Counted from the stretch's first letter, positions 9,388 through 19,268 are shown. The stretch: 64,000 bases of DNA from Clostridiales bacterium DTU073 (GCA_001512665.1 LFSF01000025.1:3926-67925), one strand, 5' to 3'. The notes: generated by a model not told the origin, from the letters alone. Translations and numbers: made by a program.

Positions 9388-9538
9388 GTGTCACCCCTCC
9401 ATCTTAATAAACAGTATTAGTATTTCCTTAAGGAGTCATAAGCTAGCCTAAGGAGAATTAAAGAGATAAAAAAAGATATAGCCAAAATTTAATAGATGTC
9501 ATATACTTAAAACTAAATAATTGAAAGAGGTGAATAAA

Positions 9539-10837
9539 ATGTATTGGAATCAACATTATGAATGTATGCCTCATCAACAATTAGAAGCAGTACAGCTTGA
9601 GAGGTTAAAGAATATAGTAGAAAGGGTTTATTATAATGTACCCTTTTATCGTCATAAACTGCAGGAAGTGGGAGTAGAACCCGGTGATATTCAATCTTTA
9701 GAAGATCTAAAGAAGCTGCCGTTTACAACTAAACAGGATTTAAGGGATAATTATCCTTTTAATATGTTTGCTACTTCCATGTCCGATATTGTCAGAGTTC
9801 ATGCTTCTTCAGGAACGACAGGTAAACCTACAGTGGTTGGTTATACCCGTGCAGATCTCAACACTTGGGCAGAATTAATGGCGAGGGCTTTAACTTGTGG
9901 CGGAACTACGAAAAGCTCGGTCATCCAAATTGCGTATGGTTATGGACTCTTTACCGGAGGCTTAGGTGCTCATTACGGGGCCGAACGAATAGGGGCTATG
10001 GTTATTCCTATTTCCGGTGGCAATACCCAACGTCAGTTGATGATTATGAAGGATTTTGGCACCACAGTATTGACCTGTACTCCTTCATATGCCATTCATT
10101 TAGCTGAAGTATGGGAGAGCATGGGCGAGGATCGTTCTCAGCTTAAATTACAATATGGTATTTTTGGGGCTGAGCCTTGGTCGGAAAGAATGAGACAGGA
10201 ATTAGAAAAACGCTTGCAAATTAGTGCTATCGATATTTATGGCCTTTCTGAGGTGATTGGACCGGGGGTTGCTTGTGAGTGTCAGGAAAAGAAAGGACTG
10301 CATATTTTTGAAGATCATTTTATTCCGGAGATTATTGACCCGGTTACCGGCGAAAATTTACCCTATGGCGAAAAAGGAGAGCTGGTTATAACTACTTTGA
10401 CAAAAGAAGCATTGCCGATGCTGCGTTATCGTACCAGAGATATTTCTATGCTCATTAAAGAACCTTGTGCTTGTGGAAGAACACATATCAGGATGCATAG
10501 GGTTATGGGCAGAACTGATGATATGCTGATTATCAGAGGGGTTAATGTCTTTCCTTCTCAAGTGGAAACAGTTCTGTTGGAAGTCGGAGGAACAGAACCA
10601 CATTATCTACTTATTGTTGATAGGAAAGGAAGTCTTGATGAACTGGAAGTTCAGGTGGAAGTCTCAGCGGAAATGTTCTCGGATAAAGTAAAAGGTCTGG
10701 AGGATTTAGGACATAAAATTAGGCATAGACTGGAGTCCGTTTTAGGTCTCACGGCAAAAGTTAAATTGGTAGAACCTCATACTCTGCCTAGAAGTGAGGG
10801 GAAAACGCAAAGGGTAATTGATCGGAGAAAAATATAA
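9539..10837 (+). CDS. paaK: Phenylacetate-CoA ligase (adenylate-forming, PaaK family)
   Basis: [14 protein letters not shown]-binding motif and a PaaK-type N-terminus (YWN...E.M....L...QL.RLK). ATG at 9539 is preferred over the track's TTG at 9521 (GAGGTG SD 7 nt upstream). Confidence 0.85.
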   Translation: MYWNQHYECMPHQQLEAVQLERLKNIVERVYYNVPFYRHKLQEVGVEPGDIQSLEDLKKLPFTTKQDLRDNYPFNMFATSMSDIVRVHASSGTTGKPTVVGYTRADLNTWAELMARALTCGGTTKSSVIQIAYGYGLFTGGLGAHYGAERIGAMVIPISGGNTQRQLMIMKDFGTTVLTCTPSYAIHLAEVWESMGEDRSQLKLQYGIFGAEPWSERMRQELEKRLQISAIDIYGLSEVIGPGVACECQEKKGLHIFEDHFIPEIIDPVTGENLPYGEKGELVITTLTKEALPMLRYRTRDISMLIKEPCACGRTHIRMHRVMGRTDDMLIIRGVNVFPSQVETVLLEVGGTEPHYLLIVDRKGSLDELEVQVEVSAEMFSDKVKGLEDLGHKIRHRLESVLGLTAKVKLVEPHTLPRSEGKTQRVIDRRKI

Positions 10838-10849
10838 GGGGGTGTAAGT

Positions 10850-11278
10850 ATGATTAAACAAATCTCATTGTTTTTGGAAAACAAAAAAGGCAGGTTGGCC
10901 CATGTATGCCGTGTTTTGGGAAATGAAAATATTAACATCAGAGCATTGTCTATTGCGGACACCACTGATTTTGGTGTAGTACGTCTTATTGTTAATGAAC
11001 CGGAAAAAGCTTATCAAGTCTTAAAAGCGAATAATTTTGCCGTTAGCATGACTGATGTTTTGGCCATGGAAGTATCAGATACTCCGGGCGGGCTGGCCGG
11101 TGCTTTAGAAAAGTTAGGGCAGGCCGGAATTGATGTGGAGTATATGTATGCATTTTTGGGGACTACTTCGCAAGGTGCACTGGTAATTATTCGGGTAGAG
11201 AATCCGGATAAAGCACTCTCTGTTATTCGCCAATCCGGAATTAACATCTTGTCCGAAGAACAGGTTTATACTTTATAA
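10850..11278 (+). CDS. ACT-domain protein (tandem ACT), usual partner of PaaK-type ligases
   Basis: 142 aa. Two ACT-like repeats (ISLFLENKKGRLA..; AMEVSDTPGGLA..). Confidence 0.75.
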   Translation: MIKQISLFLENKKGRLAHVCRVLGNENINIRALSIADTTDFGVVRLIVNEPEKAYQVLKANNFAVSMTDVLAMEVSDTPGGLAGALEKLGQAGIDVEYMYAFLGTTSQGALVIIRVENPDKALSVIRQSGINILSEEQVYTL

Positions 11279-11317
11279 AAAGGGATATCCTAGCAGATAT
11301 GGAGGATTTTTGTTTAA

Positions 11318-12094
11318 ATGAAGTTCAACATTCCTGACCCGGTAGCCTTTAGTATTGGCTCACATCCTATCTATTGGTATGGAATTCTTATTGCTGTAGC
11401 GATTCTTCTGGGTACATTCTTAGTTTTGCGCGAAGCTGAAAAACTTAAGCTCAATCTGGATCATGTCCTTAATATTATTCCTTTTGTGATATTTGCAGCT
11501 TTTATCGGTGCTAGGCTGTATTATGTTATTTTTCAGTGGTCGCAATATAGCCGGAATCCACTGGAGATTTTTGCTGTCTGGCATGGAGGACTGGCTATTC
11601 ATGGCGGGCTACTCGGCGGTTTTTTGGTAGGTTACCTGTTGCTCAGGAAATATCGCATTAATGTTTGGCAAGCTTTTGATATAGCTGCACCGAGTATTAT
11701 TCTAGGGCAAGCAATTGGTCGTTGGGGTAACTTTTTTAATCAAGAGGCTTATGGTTATGAGGTCGACCCTGCTGACTTGCCTTGGGCCATGTATATAGAT
11801 GGAGCTTATCGGCATCCTACTTTTCTCTATGAATCCTTGTGGAATTTAAGTATCTTTATCTTTTTGCTTTGGTTGCGGAGAAGAAAATGGATCTATCGGG
11901 GAGATGTGTTTCTCTCTTATGTTGTATTGTATTCGGCAGGTCGTTTTATTATCGAAGGTTTTCGTACGGATAGTTTAATGCTCACCGGAAGTTTACGAGT
12001 AGCACAGCTGGTAAGTGCAGTAGCGATAGTAATAGGCTTGAGTCTGCTTTATTATCGACATCGGAATAAAGTTGATAAAGCTGATGTAGGTTGA
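11318..12094 (+). CDS. lgt: Prolipoprotein diacylglyceryl transferase
   Basis: 258 aa. Motifs IYWYGI, HGGL.IHGG, GRWGNFFNQEAYG and HPTFLYESLWN. Confidence 0.93.
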   Translation: MKFNIPDPVAFSIGSHPIYWYGILIAVAILLGTFLVLREAEKLKLNLDHVLNIIPFVIFAAFIGARLYYVIFQWSQYSRNPLEIFAVWHGGLAIHGGLLGGFLVGYLLLRKYRINVWQAFDIAAPSIILGQAIGRWGNFFNQEAYGYEVDPADLPWAMYIDGAYRHPTFLYESLWNLSIFIFLLWLRRRKWIYRGDVFLSYVVLYSAGRFIIEGFRTDSLMLTGSLRVAQLVSAVAIVIGLSLLYYRHRNKVDKADVG

Positions 12095-12120
12095 GGTAAA
12101 TTAAAAGCAAGCCAAGAACG

Positions 12121-12151
12121 GGCTGTTTCCTTTGCGAAGCAGCCTTTTTTT
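12121..12151 (+). terminator. Rho-independent terminator after lgt
   Basis: 9-bp stem GGCTGTTTC/GAAGCAGCC, loop CTTTGC, then T7. Confidence 0.8.
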
Positions 12152-12244
12152 AATTTCTATCCTCAATGGAAAAGTTAGGCATATTTTTTTTCATAGACAA
12201 ATATAGATGTAAGGAGAATTTGAGAGGAAGGAGGAAGATTAAAG

Positions 12245-12844
12245 ATGAAAAGGGCAGCCCTAATATTTATAGCTTTATTAGTAGTTTGTATCGCCTTTTC
12301 AGGATGTGGGCTATTAGATAAGATCAAACAGGATTTTAATAGCGCAGAGAATTTGGCGGAGAATGATCCAATATTTGAGGAACCAACGGTAATTTTTGAG
12401 ACTCCAGAGGACATTACTACCATGACTAACGAGACCAAAATAGTCACTTTATATTTCGCTGATCCTGTTGGCAACAAATTAGTAGCTGAAGAAAGGGAAA
12501 TTCCTAAGGTTACGGGGATAGCACGGGCGACCATCGAAGAATTGATTAAAGGGCCAAGGGGAGCTGATTTAGAGCCTACACTTCCGGCAAACACCAGACT
12601 TTTGGATATTAATGTCCGTGAAGATGGGCTGGCAATAGTAGATTTTAGTGGTGATTTGATCAGGGAGTTACCGACAACGGCTACAGCAGAACAGCTGGCG
12701 GTATATTCTATTGTAAATACCCTGACTCAGTTCCCTACGATACAGGAAGTAGAGATGAGGGTAGATGGCAGGAAGGTTGATACCTTATTGGGCTACGTAG
12801 AGTTGCAGGAAAATTTGGTACGTAATACAAGTATAATAAAGTAA
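12245..12844 (+). CDS. GerMN-domain lipoprotein (GerM-like sporulation/germination protein)
   Basis: Lipobox AFSGCG. The GerMN-like segment reads VTLYFADP..L..E.R.IP......A.I.ELIKGP. The position upstream of murI-rph-rdgB matches the B. subtilis gerM-racE-rph synteny. Confidence 0.7.
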   Translation: MKRAALIFIALLVVCIAFSGCGLLDKIKQDFNSAENLAENDPIFEEPTVIFETPEDITTMTNETKIVTLYFADPVGNKLVAEEREIPKVTGIARATIEELIKGPRGADLEPTLPANTRLLDINVREDGLAIVDFSGDLIRELPTTATAEQLAVYSIVNTLTQFPTIQEVEMRVDGRKVDTLLGYVELQENLVRNTSIIK

Positions 12845-13051
12845 GCGTCAATGGGGCTTCTTTCGGGTTGGTAGAATAGGGATTAATACTCCTGAGAAAT
12901 TCGGCATAGTCGATGAATTGCGGCTAGGCCGTTTTTTGTTTAATTGATGGAAAAGTATTGCGGAACTATATCGATTTATGTAAAATGTTAATGTATGAAT
13001 TATTTAATAATTTTAAAAGCTAAAATTGTTTCGAAAAAGGGAAGTGTAGCT

Positions 13052-13114
13052 ATGGGTTATTTTATATTTGCGTTCATTTTTGTTATAGTTACGGCGGTGA
13101 TTTTTACTAAATAA
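13052..13114 (+). CDS. Candidate 20-aa hydrophobic micropeptide (MGYFIFAFIFVIVTAVIFTK)
   Basis: ATG is preceded by AAGGGAAG. It forms a single predicted TM helix. It lies in a 537-bp AT-rich intergenic region and is followed by an AT-rich imperfect hairpin with T runs. It may not be expressed. Confidence 0.25.
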   Translation: MGYFIFAFIFVIVTAVIFTK

Positions 13115-13381
13115 GATAAGTTAAGCTAATAAAAATGATAATAAATAAAAGAAAGAAGAAATTTTATTTTTTGTCTTTCTTTTCTTTTTGTTTTTAGGGA
13201 ACAAAATGTAATTTTCATCGTCAAAAATAAAATAGCGAGACATTTTTTGTCAATCTTTGTCAATTTTTTTATTTCCAGATATTCTCACCTTTGTTTTCAG
13301 AGGAATTTTGACAGTAAAGTAGAATATGTGTAAAGGTTGTTCTATTTGTAACAGAATTTTAGAGGTAGAGGAGGTGAGGTA

Positions 13382-15322
13382 ATGAACAGGGTAAAACCTA
13401 GGTCTCTACATAGGTTATGTTTTCTGAGCTTTGTTTTGCTGCTGGTTTTTTTCGCAGTTCCGGTACTTGCAGAGGCTGAAGGAATAGTTAATGGCAATAT
13501 TGTCAATATTCGTGAGGGGCCAGGGTTATCTTATACTGCAAAGACACAAGTTACAGTGGGACAAGTATTAACTATACTTGAAGAAAAAAATAATTGGTTT
13601 AAAGTAAGTACGCCAACAGGACAAGTTGGTTGGATTAGCGGAGATTATGTAAAAAAAGTCATCAAAAAAGTTGTGGTAACAGGTTCTAAAGTTAATCTTC
13701 GTAAAGGTCCCGGTATCGGATATCAAAAAACAGGGGAAGTAAAAGCCGGACAGGCTTTATCGGTACTGGCTGAAAAAAACGGTTGGTTTAAAGTATGGCT
13801 TTCCGGTGGAAAAGAAGCTTGGATTGCCGGTTGGTTAGTAGCAGAACAGAAAAACACCGGTAGTATTCCTACTAACAATACTAACAATTCAGGTTCCGGA
13901 TACATACAAGTCAATACGGAAGTACTTAATGTACGAAGTGGTCCGGGTACCGGATATGCTTTAGTGACAAAAATAGGGCTTAATGAAAAACATAATGTTT
14001 TAGAAACCAAAAATGGTTGGTATAAAATAAAAGTGAAAAATATGGAGGGCTGGGTTTCCGGGGATTATGTAAAATTTATTCCAGGTACATCTGAGTCTAC
14101 GGGAAATGGTCAGCCCGTTGAAAATAATCAGCCCCCGGTTAATTCATTGCCGGAAGGACAATTGCCAACAGCGGTTATTGTTACTGGGAATGTAGTCAAT
14201 ATCAGACAATGGAATAGTATGGATGCCCCGGTAATTGACCAGGTTAAAAGCGGTGATGCTTTGAATGTCTTGAGCAGTCAAGGGGACTGGTATCGTGTCA
14301 GTCTTTTAAACGGTAAAGTAGGTTGGATTGCCAATTGGTTAACACAGCCTTTAGAAGGTGCTACTACACCATCACGGGATACAGTTCCCAAAAAAGATGT
14401 GTTGATTGTACCTATTGCTGAAGATAAATCCTTTACGGTAGTTGATAATGGGGGCAGACCCGAGCTGGTTTTGAAAGGATGGACCAATACACAGTTTAAA
14501 GTAAAGCAGGGACAGGATCATAATTCCTTGCTTTTGGAGCTGGATGGTCGTAGTACCAGAAAGTATGAAGGGAAAATCGACCGTTTAGGAATGACTCAAA
14601 TAAAGATAAGTCCTCAGGGTAGTAAGGCCATTATTGACCTGAAATTTAATTTTAATCCCCATTTAAAAATTGGGGCAACAGATGAGAAAAAGGTCACTAC
14701 GATTCAAATTGGTGCTGTTCCGGTTCAAAGCAAAGGTATAAGTGGTAAAGTTATTGTTTTGGATCCCGGTCATGCCAGTGTGCAACCGGGGGGAGGTTTA
14801 GATCCGGGAGCAATTGGTAAGAGGTTAGGGCTTCTAGAGAAAGATGTTAATTTATCGATAGCGTTAAAAGTAAAAAAGCTCTTAGAAGATAAGGGAGCTC
14901 GAGTAGTAATGACCCATACAGGGAGTACCAGATTAACTTTAGCGCAACGGGCAGGGGTAGCGAATAGCCTTAATGCCGATATCTTTGTTAGTATACATGC
15001 TAATTCGAGCCCAGGAGGTTACTCAGGTCATTCGACTTATTATTATGCACCATTATGGAACAGTGTTTTAGGTGCACAGAGATTAGAACGGCAGAAATTA
15101 GCAACTTTGGTGCAAAGAGAATTAGTGAAAAGCGGTGGTAGAAGAAATATAGGTATACTTGAGGAAAATTTCGCTGTACTTAGAGAAACCAGAGTTCCTT
15201 CGATCTTAGTGGAAACAGCATACCTTTCGGATAAAGAAGAAGAGATTTTATTGAGTCAAGATTGGTACCGTCAAAAACTGGCTGAGGGAATTGCCAATGG
15301 GATTATCGCTTATTTTAATTAA
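13382..15322 (+). CDS. N-acetylmuramoyl-L-alanine amidase (Amidase_3) with signal peptide and four SH3b domains
   Basis: Repeated V.VN.RSGPG..Y......G......E..NGW.K....G..GW..G.YV modules. The C-terminal part has VLDPGHA, FVSIHANS and VETAYLS amidase_3 motifs. Strong GGAGGTGAGG SD. Confidence 0.88.
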   Translation: MNRVKPRSLHRLCFLSFVLLLVFFAVPVLAEAEGIVNGNIVNIREGPGLSYTAKTQVTVGQVLTILEEKNNWFKVSTPTGQVGWISGDYVKKVIKKVVVTGSKVNLRKGPGIGYQKTGEVKAGQALSVLAEKNGWFKVWLSGGKEAWIAGWLVAEQKNTGSIPTNNTNNSGSGYIQVNTEVLNVRSGPGTGYALVTKIGLNEKHNVLETKNGWYKIKVKNMEGWVSGDYVKFIPGTSESTGNGQPVENNQPPVNSLPEGQLPTAVIVTGNVVNIRQWNSMDAPVIDQVKSGDALNVLSSQGDWYRVSLLNGKVGWIANWLTQPLEGATTPSRDTVPKKDVLIVPIAEDKSFTVVDNGGRPELVLKGWTNTQFKVKQGQDHNSLLLELDGRSTRKYEGKIDRLGMTQIKISPQGSKAIIDLKFNFNPHLKIGATDEKKVTTIQIGAVPVQSKGISGKVIVLDPGHASVQPGGGLDPGAIGKRLGLLEKDVNLSIALKVKKLLEDKGARVVMTHTGSTRLTLAQRAGVANSLNADIFVSIHANSSPGGYSGHSTYYYAPLWNSVLGAQRLERQKLATLVQRELVKSGGRRNIGILEENFAVLRETRVPSILVETAYLSDKEEEILLSQDWYRQKLAEGIANGIIAYFN

Positions 15323-15348
15323 TGCCAATAAAGCAAACTTCAGCTTAG

Positions 15349-15377
15349 CTCCCGCTTCTGAGCGGGAGTTATTTTTT
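15349..15377 (+). terminator. Rho-independent terminator after the amidase gene
   Basis: CTCCCGCT / AGCGGGAG stem, loop TCTG, T-rich tail. Confidence 0.8.
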
Positions 15378-15526
15378 GTTATTTTTTCTTCTTAAAGGAT
15401 TGTTTGTTAAGAAAATTGTCACCGAATAACAGGGAATATGATATACTTAGTTTGGTTAATAACAAAAGAGTATTTATACATATTTTGTGATGGGGAAAAA
15501 ATATAATAAGTAGTACTGGGGGAATA

Positions 15527-16063
15527 ATGCAAGAAATGGCGGTTATCATAGGGGGATATTTTTTTATTTTCTTTGCACGAATTTTAGATGTTTCATTGAT
15601 GACCATGCGCACCTTGATGGTAGTGCGAGGTCAAAAGCTGTATGCAGCCATAATCGGGTTTTTTGAAGTAATTATTTACATTGTGGCGTTAGGGAAAATA
15701 TTTAATGATTTAAGCAATCCCTTAAATTTGATTTCCTATGCTTTAGGTTTTGCTACCGGGAATTATGTGGGTTCATGGTTGGAAGAAAAATTGGCTGTTG
15801 GTACTTTTACTGTTCAGGTGATCACTTTAAAAGAACCGTTGGCCTTAACAGAAATACTGCGGGATGAAGGGTATGGTGTAACTGTTATTGAAGGTGAAGG
15901 GCGAGAAGGCAGACGTTATATCTTACAAATTATTTTACAAAGGAAAAGATTTAAGCATTTACGAAAAGTAATAGATGAATGGGATCAAGAATCCTTCTGG
16001 ACCATTTTTGATGCCAGATCAACTAGGGGCGGCGTATTTACGCAAAGTCGCAAAGGAAAGTAA
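15527..16063 (+). CDS. UPF0316 / DUF2179 membrane protein (YebE-like)
   Basis: 178 aa. Three N-terminal TM helices (FFARILDVSL.T.RT....RG) and a soluble C-terminal domain. Confidence 0.75.
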   Translation: MQEMAVIIGGYFFIFFARILDVSLMTMRTLMVVRGQKLYAAIIGFFEVIIYIVALGKIFNDLSNPLNLISYALGFATGNYVGSWLEEKLAVGTFTVQVITLKEPLALTEILRDEGYGVTVIEGEGREGRRYILQIILQRKRFKHLRKVIDEWDQESFWTIFDARSTRGGVFTQSRKGK

Positions 16064-16105
16064 GTTAAGCAAAATCAGTTTATTTTATATAGTGGGAGAG
16101 AAAAA

Positions 16106-16909
16106 ATGTCAGAAAAAAGAAATGCTCCGTTAGGTATTTTTGATTCGGGGGTAGGCGGATTAACAGTCGTCCGCGAAATATTAAAGCAAATGCCCGGAGA
16201 ATCAATAATTTATTTTGGTGATACAGCCCATGTCCCTTATGGTGATCGCGATCCTCAAGAGTTAAGAGGCTTTGCCCAAAAGATCACTAATTATTTAGTG
16301 ACCCGGGGATGTAAAATGATCATTATTGCTTGTAATACTAGCACCTCTTTAGCCTATGAAGAGTTGACAAATAGTTTTTCTCTTCCTATTATTGGAGTTA
16401 TTGAACCCGGAGTGAACAAAGCTTTAATGACTACGAAAAATTTGCGGGTTGGGGTTATAGGGACTGCTGCCACTATTGAGAGCAGGGTTTATCAACGAAA
16501 ATTGCGGGCTAAAAATCCGGATGTTCAGGTATATGCTCAGGCCTGTCCGGCTTTTGTTCCTTTGGTGGAAAGAGGCGCCCTCAGAAGTGCAGAAACGGTG
16601 GATATTGTTTCCGGTTGTTTGCACCCCTTTATGGAAAAGGAGATAGACACTCTGATTCTTGGTTGTACCCATTATCCTTTTCTACAGCCGGTTATTGCTA
16701 AGGTTTTAGGTGCCAAGACGCAAATAATTGACCCTGCTCAGGAAACGGTCAGGTGTGCGTATGAGCGCTTGCAGGAATTAGATTTGTTAGTCGATACAGC
16801 TAAACCGGTTTATAAATTTGTCAGTAGTAATAATCCTAAAGAATTTAGGGCAAAAGGCAGCGTCTTTCTTGGTCGGGATTTAGGTACGGTAGAAGAAGTT
16901 CTGCTATAG
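16106..16909 (+). CDS. murI: Glutamate racemase
   Basis: Motifs GIFDSGVGGLTV, IIACNTS and LILGCTHYP, including both catalytic Cys residues. Confidence 0.93.
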   Translation: MSEKRNAPLGIFDSGVGGLTVVREILKQMPGESIIYFGDTAHVPYGDRDPQELRGFAQKITNYLVTRGCKMIIIACNTSTSLAYEELTNSFSLPIIGVIEPGVNKALMTTKNLRVGVIGTAATIESRVYQRKLRAKNPDVQVYAQACPAFVPLVERGALRSAETVDIVSGCLHPFMEKEIDTLILGCTHYPFLQPVIAKVLGAKTQIIDPAQETVRCAYERLQELDLLVDTAKPVYKFVSSNNPKEFRAKGSVFLGRDLGTVEEVLL

Positions 16910-17002
16910 TAATAGGGTTGGGGCTGAATAATGGTATGTTGTTGTGATATTATATAAGAGAACAGGAGAAGGTGTGGCAAGGACGTGCGGTAGGGGAGGT
17001 GG

Positions 17003-17102
17003 CATATGTGGCAGGGGGACGTTTCATCTGCCACGTTTTTAAACCAAAGTTGATTTCTTATAGTGAAAACGTGGCAGATGAAACGTCCCCCTGCCACATA
17101 TG
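17003..17102. repeat. Perfect 37-bp inverted repeat (arms 17003-17039 and 17066-17102, 26-nt AT-rich spacer) built from two copies of the 27-nt unit
   Basis: The left arm is CATATGTGGCAGGGGGACGTTTCATCTGCCACGTTTT and the right arm is its exact reverse complement. Degenerate partial copies flank it at 16972-16990 and 17104-17118, the latter a tandem duplicate of TCCCCCTGCCACATA. Confidence 0.9.
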
Positions 17103-17153
17103 GTCCCCCTGCCACATACTGGCACGAAAACGATGAAGGGTGGTGTAAAGTTT

Positions 17154-17885
17154 ATGGAACGGGAATTTGGTAGAAAAGCTGATGAATTAAGAGAGGTTAA
17201 AATTACCCCTCATTATATAAAATATCCGGAAGGCTCTGTTTTAATAGAAATGGGCAACACAAAGGTTATTTGTAATGCCACAATTGATGAGAAGGTGCCT
17301 CCTTTTTTAAAAGGACAAAATAAAGGTTGGGTCACGGCCGAATATGCGATGCTACCTCGTGCTACACAGGTGAGAACACAGCGAGAATCCACGCGAGGGA
17401 AGATCAGCGGTCGTACTAATGAGATTCAACGCTTGATCGGGCGTTCTTTACGTGCGGTTGTTGATCTGGAAAGCCTGGGGGAGCGGACGATTATCTTAGA
17501 TTGTGAAGTTATACAAGCTGACGGTGGAACGAGGACGGCTTCTATTACCGGTGCTTTTGTGGCACTGTTGTTGGCACTTAGGAAATTAGTCGATGACGGT
17601 GTTTTGGAGAAATTACCGGTACGTGACTGGTTAGCTGCTGTAAGTGTCGGTAAAATTGAGGATACTTTATGTTTGGATTTAGCCTATGCAGAAGATTCAC
17701 AGGCGGTTGTCGATATGAATGTAGTAATGACCGGGGCAGGAAACTTTGTAGAAATTCAGGGTACCGCCGAAGGCTATCCGTTTACACGGGAAGAATTAGA
17801 TAACTTTTTAGCTTTGGCAGAGAAAGGCATAAAACAGTTAATTGCTGAACAGAAAGTAGTTTTGGGTGAGGGTTATGATTTCTAA
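17154..17885 (+). CDS. rph: Ribonuclease PH
   Basis: Motifs [18 protein letters not shown].., [12 protein letters not shown] and [15 protein letters not shown] at 17154 is preferred; the track's upstream extension from 17100 is read out of the repeat element. Confidence 0.92.
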   Translation: MEREFGRKADELREVKITPHYIKYPEGSVLIEMGNTKVICNATIDEKVPPFLKGQNKGWVTAEYAMLPRATQVRTQRESTRGKISGRTNEIQRLIGRSLRAVVDLESLGERTIILDCEVIQADGGTRTASITGAFVALLLALRKLVDDGVLEKLPVRDWLAAVSVGKIEDTLCLDLAYAEDSQAVVDMNVVMTGAGNFVEIQGTAEGYPFTREELDNFLALAEKGIKQLIAEQKVVLGEGYDF

Positions 17886-18483
17886 GTTACTTATGGCTAC
17901 ACATAATCAAGGAAAAGCTGCTGAATTAAGAAATCTTTTGGCAGATTTACCTGTGCAGATTCTGACTTTGGCAGATTTTCCGGATGAGTTTGTCATAGAA
18001 GAGACAGGTACTACATTTTTAGAAAATGCTCTACAGAAAGCTAAGGCGGCGGCTGAATTTTTTGGGCTTCCAACTTTGGCAGATGATTCGGGATTAGAGG
18101 TTGATGCTTTGCAGGGTCAACCCGGTGTATATTCTGCTCGTTTTGCCGGTGAACCTTGTGATGATCAGCGCAACAATCTCAAATTATTACAGCTAATGCA
18201 GGGAATCCCCACTGCGCAGAGGACCGCTAGCTTTGTGAGTGTAATTGCTTTTGTCACACCACAAGGTCAGGTTTTTACTACAGAAGGGCACTGTGAAGGG
18301 ATAATCTTAGAAAGTTTACGTGGAACAGGCGGTTTTGGCTATGATCCACTCTTTTATTTGCCTGAATTAGGAAAAACCATGGCAGAATTAACTTTAGCGG
18401 AAAAAAATACGGTTAGCCACAGAGCTAAAGCACTAAAGGCTATGGTTTCGGAATTGCAAAAATTATGTATGCAGATGAAGTAA
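17875..18483 (+). CDS. rdgB: XTP/dITP diphosphatase (non-canonical purine NTP pyrophosphatase)
   Basis: Motifs ATHN.GK, E.G.TF.ENA..KA, ADDSGL.VDAL.G.PG.YSAR, GFGYDP.F and HR. ATG at 17875 overlaps the rph 3' end. Confidence 0.9.
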   Translation: MISKLLMATHNQGKAAELRNLLADLPVQILTLADFPDEFVIEETGTTFLENALQKAKAAAEFFGLPTLADDSGLEVDALQGQPGVYSARFAGEPCDDQRNNLKLLQLMQGIPTAQRTASFVSVIAFVTPQGQVFTTEGHCEGIILESLRGTGGFGYDPLFYLPELGKTMAELTLAEKNTVSHRAKALKAMVSELQKLCMQMK

Positions 18484-18535
18484 ATGTTTAAAGAAAAGTG
18501 TTAGTGTAGGAAACGGAGTTACAGGAGTGTCAAAG

Positions 18536-19015
18536 ATGAAGATTGGTATCGTTGGGGATACGCATGGTTCGAAGAAAGCTTTTGCGATCATCAGTAAAGT
18601 TTTTAAGGATGTGCAAATGCTTTTTCATACCGGAGACCATTGGCAGGATGCTGTTTATTTAGAACAAATAATGGGTATTCCCGTGATTACGGTTAAAGGG
18701 AATTGTGACCGTGCGGTAAGAGAAAATGAGCTTTTGTTGACTGTAGAAAACAAGAGATTTTTTTTGACTCATGGACATTTATATGAGGTAAAATATGGAC
18801 TTACTTCTTTACAGTTTAGGGCAGAGGAACTAGGTGCAGAGTATTGTCTGTTCGGGCATACTCATAGCCCTATGATTCTAGAAAATAACGGGATTTGGTT
18901 CTTAAACCCGGGGAGTTTGACCTGGCCGAGAGGCAAAGAAACATATGCTGGCATAATAATGGAATATAAGAAGAATTGTTTTGAATCTAGCTTTATGAAT
19001 ATTGACAGGGATTAA
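18536..19015 (+). CDS. YfcE/MJ0936-family metallophosphoesterase
   Basis: Motifs GDTHG, GD, GNCD, HGH and GHTH in the canonical order. ATG at 18536 is preferred over GTG at 18527. Confidence 0.85.
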   Translation: MKIGIVGDTHGSKKAFAIISKVFKDVQMLFHTGDHWQDAVYLEQIMGIPVITVKGNCDRAVRENELLLTVENKRFFLTHGHLYEVKYGLTSLQFRAEELGAEYCLFGHTHSPMILENNGIWFLNPGSLTWPRGKETYAGIIMEYKKNCFESSFMNIDRD

Positions 19016-19061
19016 TTTTTTTGTTAAGATAACATTTGCTGCGATAATCTTGTTTTGGCTT

Positions 19062-19138
19062 GTGCCCATAGCTCAGCTGGATAGAGCAACGGCCTTCTAA
19101 GCCGTGTGTCCGGGGTTCGAATCCCTGTGGGCACGCCA
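19062..19138 (+). tRNA. tRNA-Arg (anticodon TCT)
   Basis: Cloverleaf read by eye: acceptor GTGCCCA/TGGGCAC, anticodon stem-loop ACGGC-CTTCTAA-GCCGT, TTCGAAT T-loop, encoded CCA. Confidence 0.9.
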
Positions 19139-19159
19139 TATAGTTTTTAGTAATCAGAT

Positions 19160-19236
19160 GGTGACTGTGGCGAAGTGGTTAACGCACCGGATTGTGGCTC
19201 CGGCATTCGTGGGTTCAAGTCCCATCAGTCACCCCA
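19160..19236 (+). tRNA. tRNA-His (anticodon GTG)
   Basis: Extra 5' G(-1), anticodon stem-loop CCGGA-TTGTGGC-TCCGG, TTCAAGT T-loop, CCA. Confidence 0.9.
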
Positions 19237-19268
19237 AAATTTTTATTTATTATTTATTTAAATAATGT

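Noticed and set aside
12850-12945. Possible riboswitch or sRNA immediately after the GerMN gene
   Set aside because: I found only a weak 4-bp CGGC/GCCG hairpin with a T run, probably the gene's terminator. I recognised no conserved riboswitch core.
17008-17097. The 27-nt units with 26-36-nt spacers as a mini CRISPR array (also 47397-47483)
   Set aside because: The two units at each locus are in inverted, not direct, orientation. There are only two per locus, no cas genes are present, and the spacers are simple AT-rich sequence.
16810-17153. ORF 16810-17115 (minus) and the 5' extension of rph from 17100
   Set aside because: Both are translations of the palindromic repeat cluster (CHV/GGRF strings). 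rph has a well-placed SD and ATG at 17154, and its conserved N-terminus starts there.
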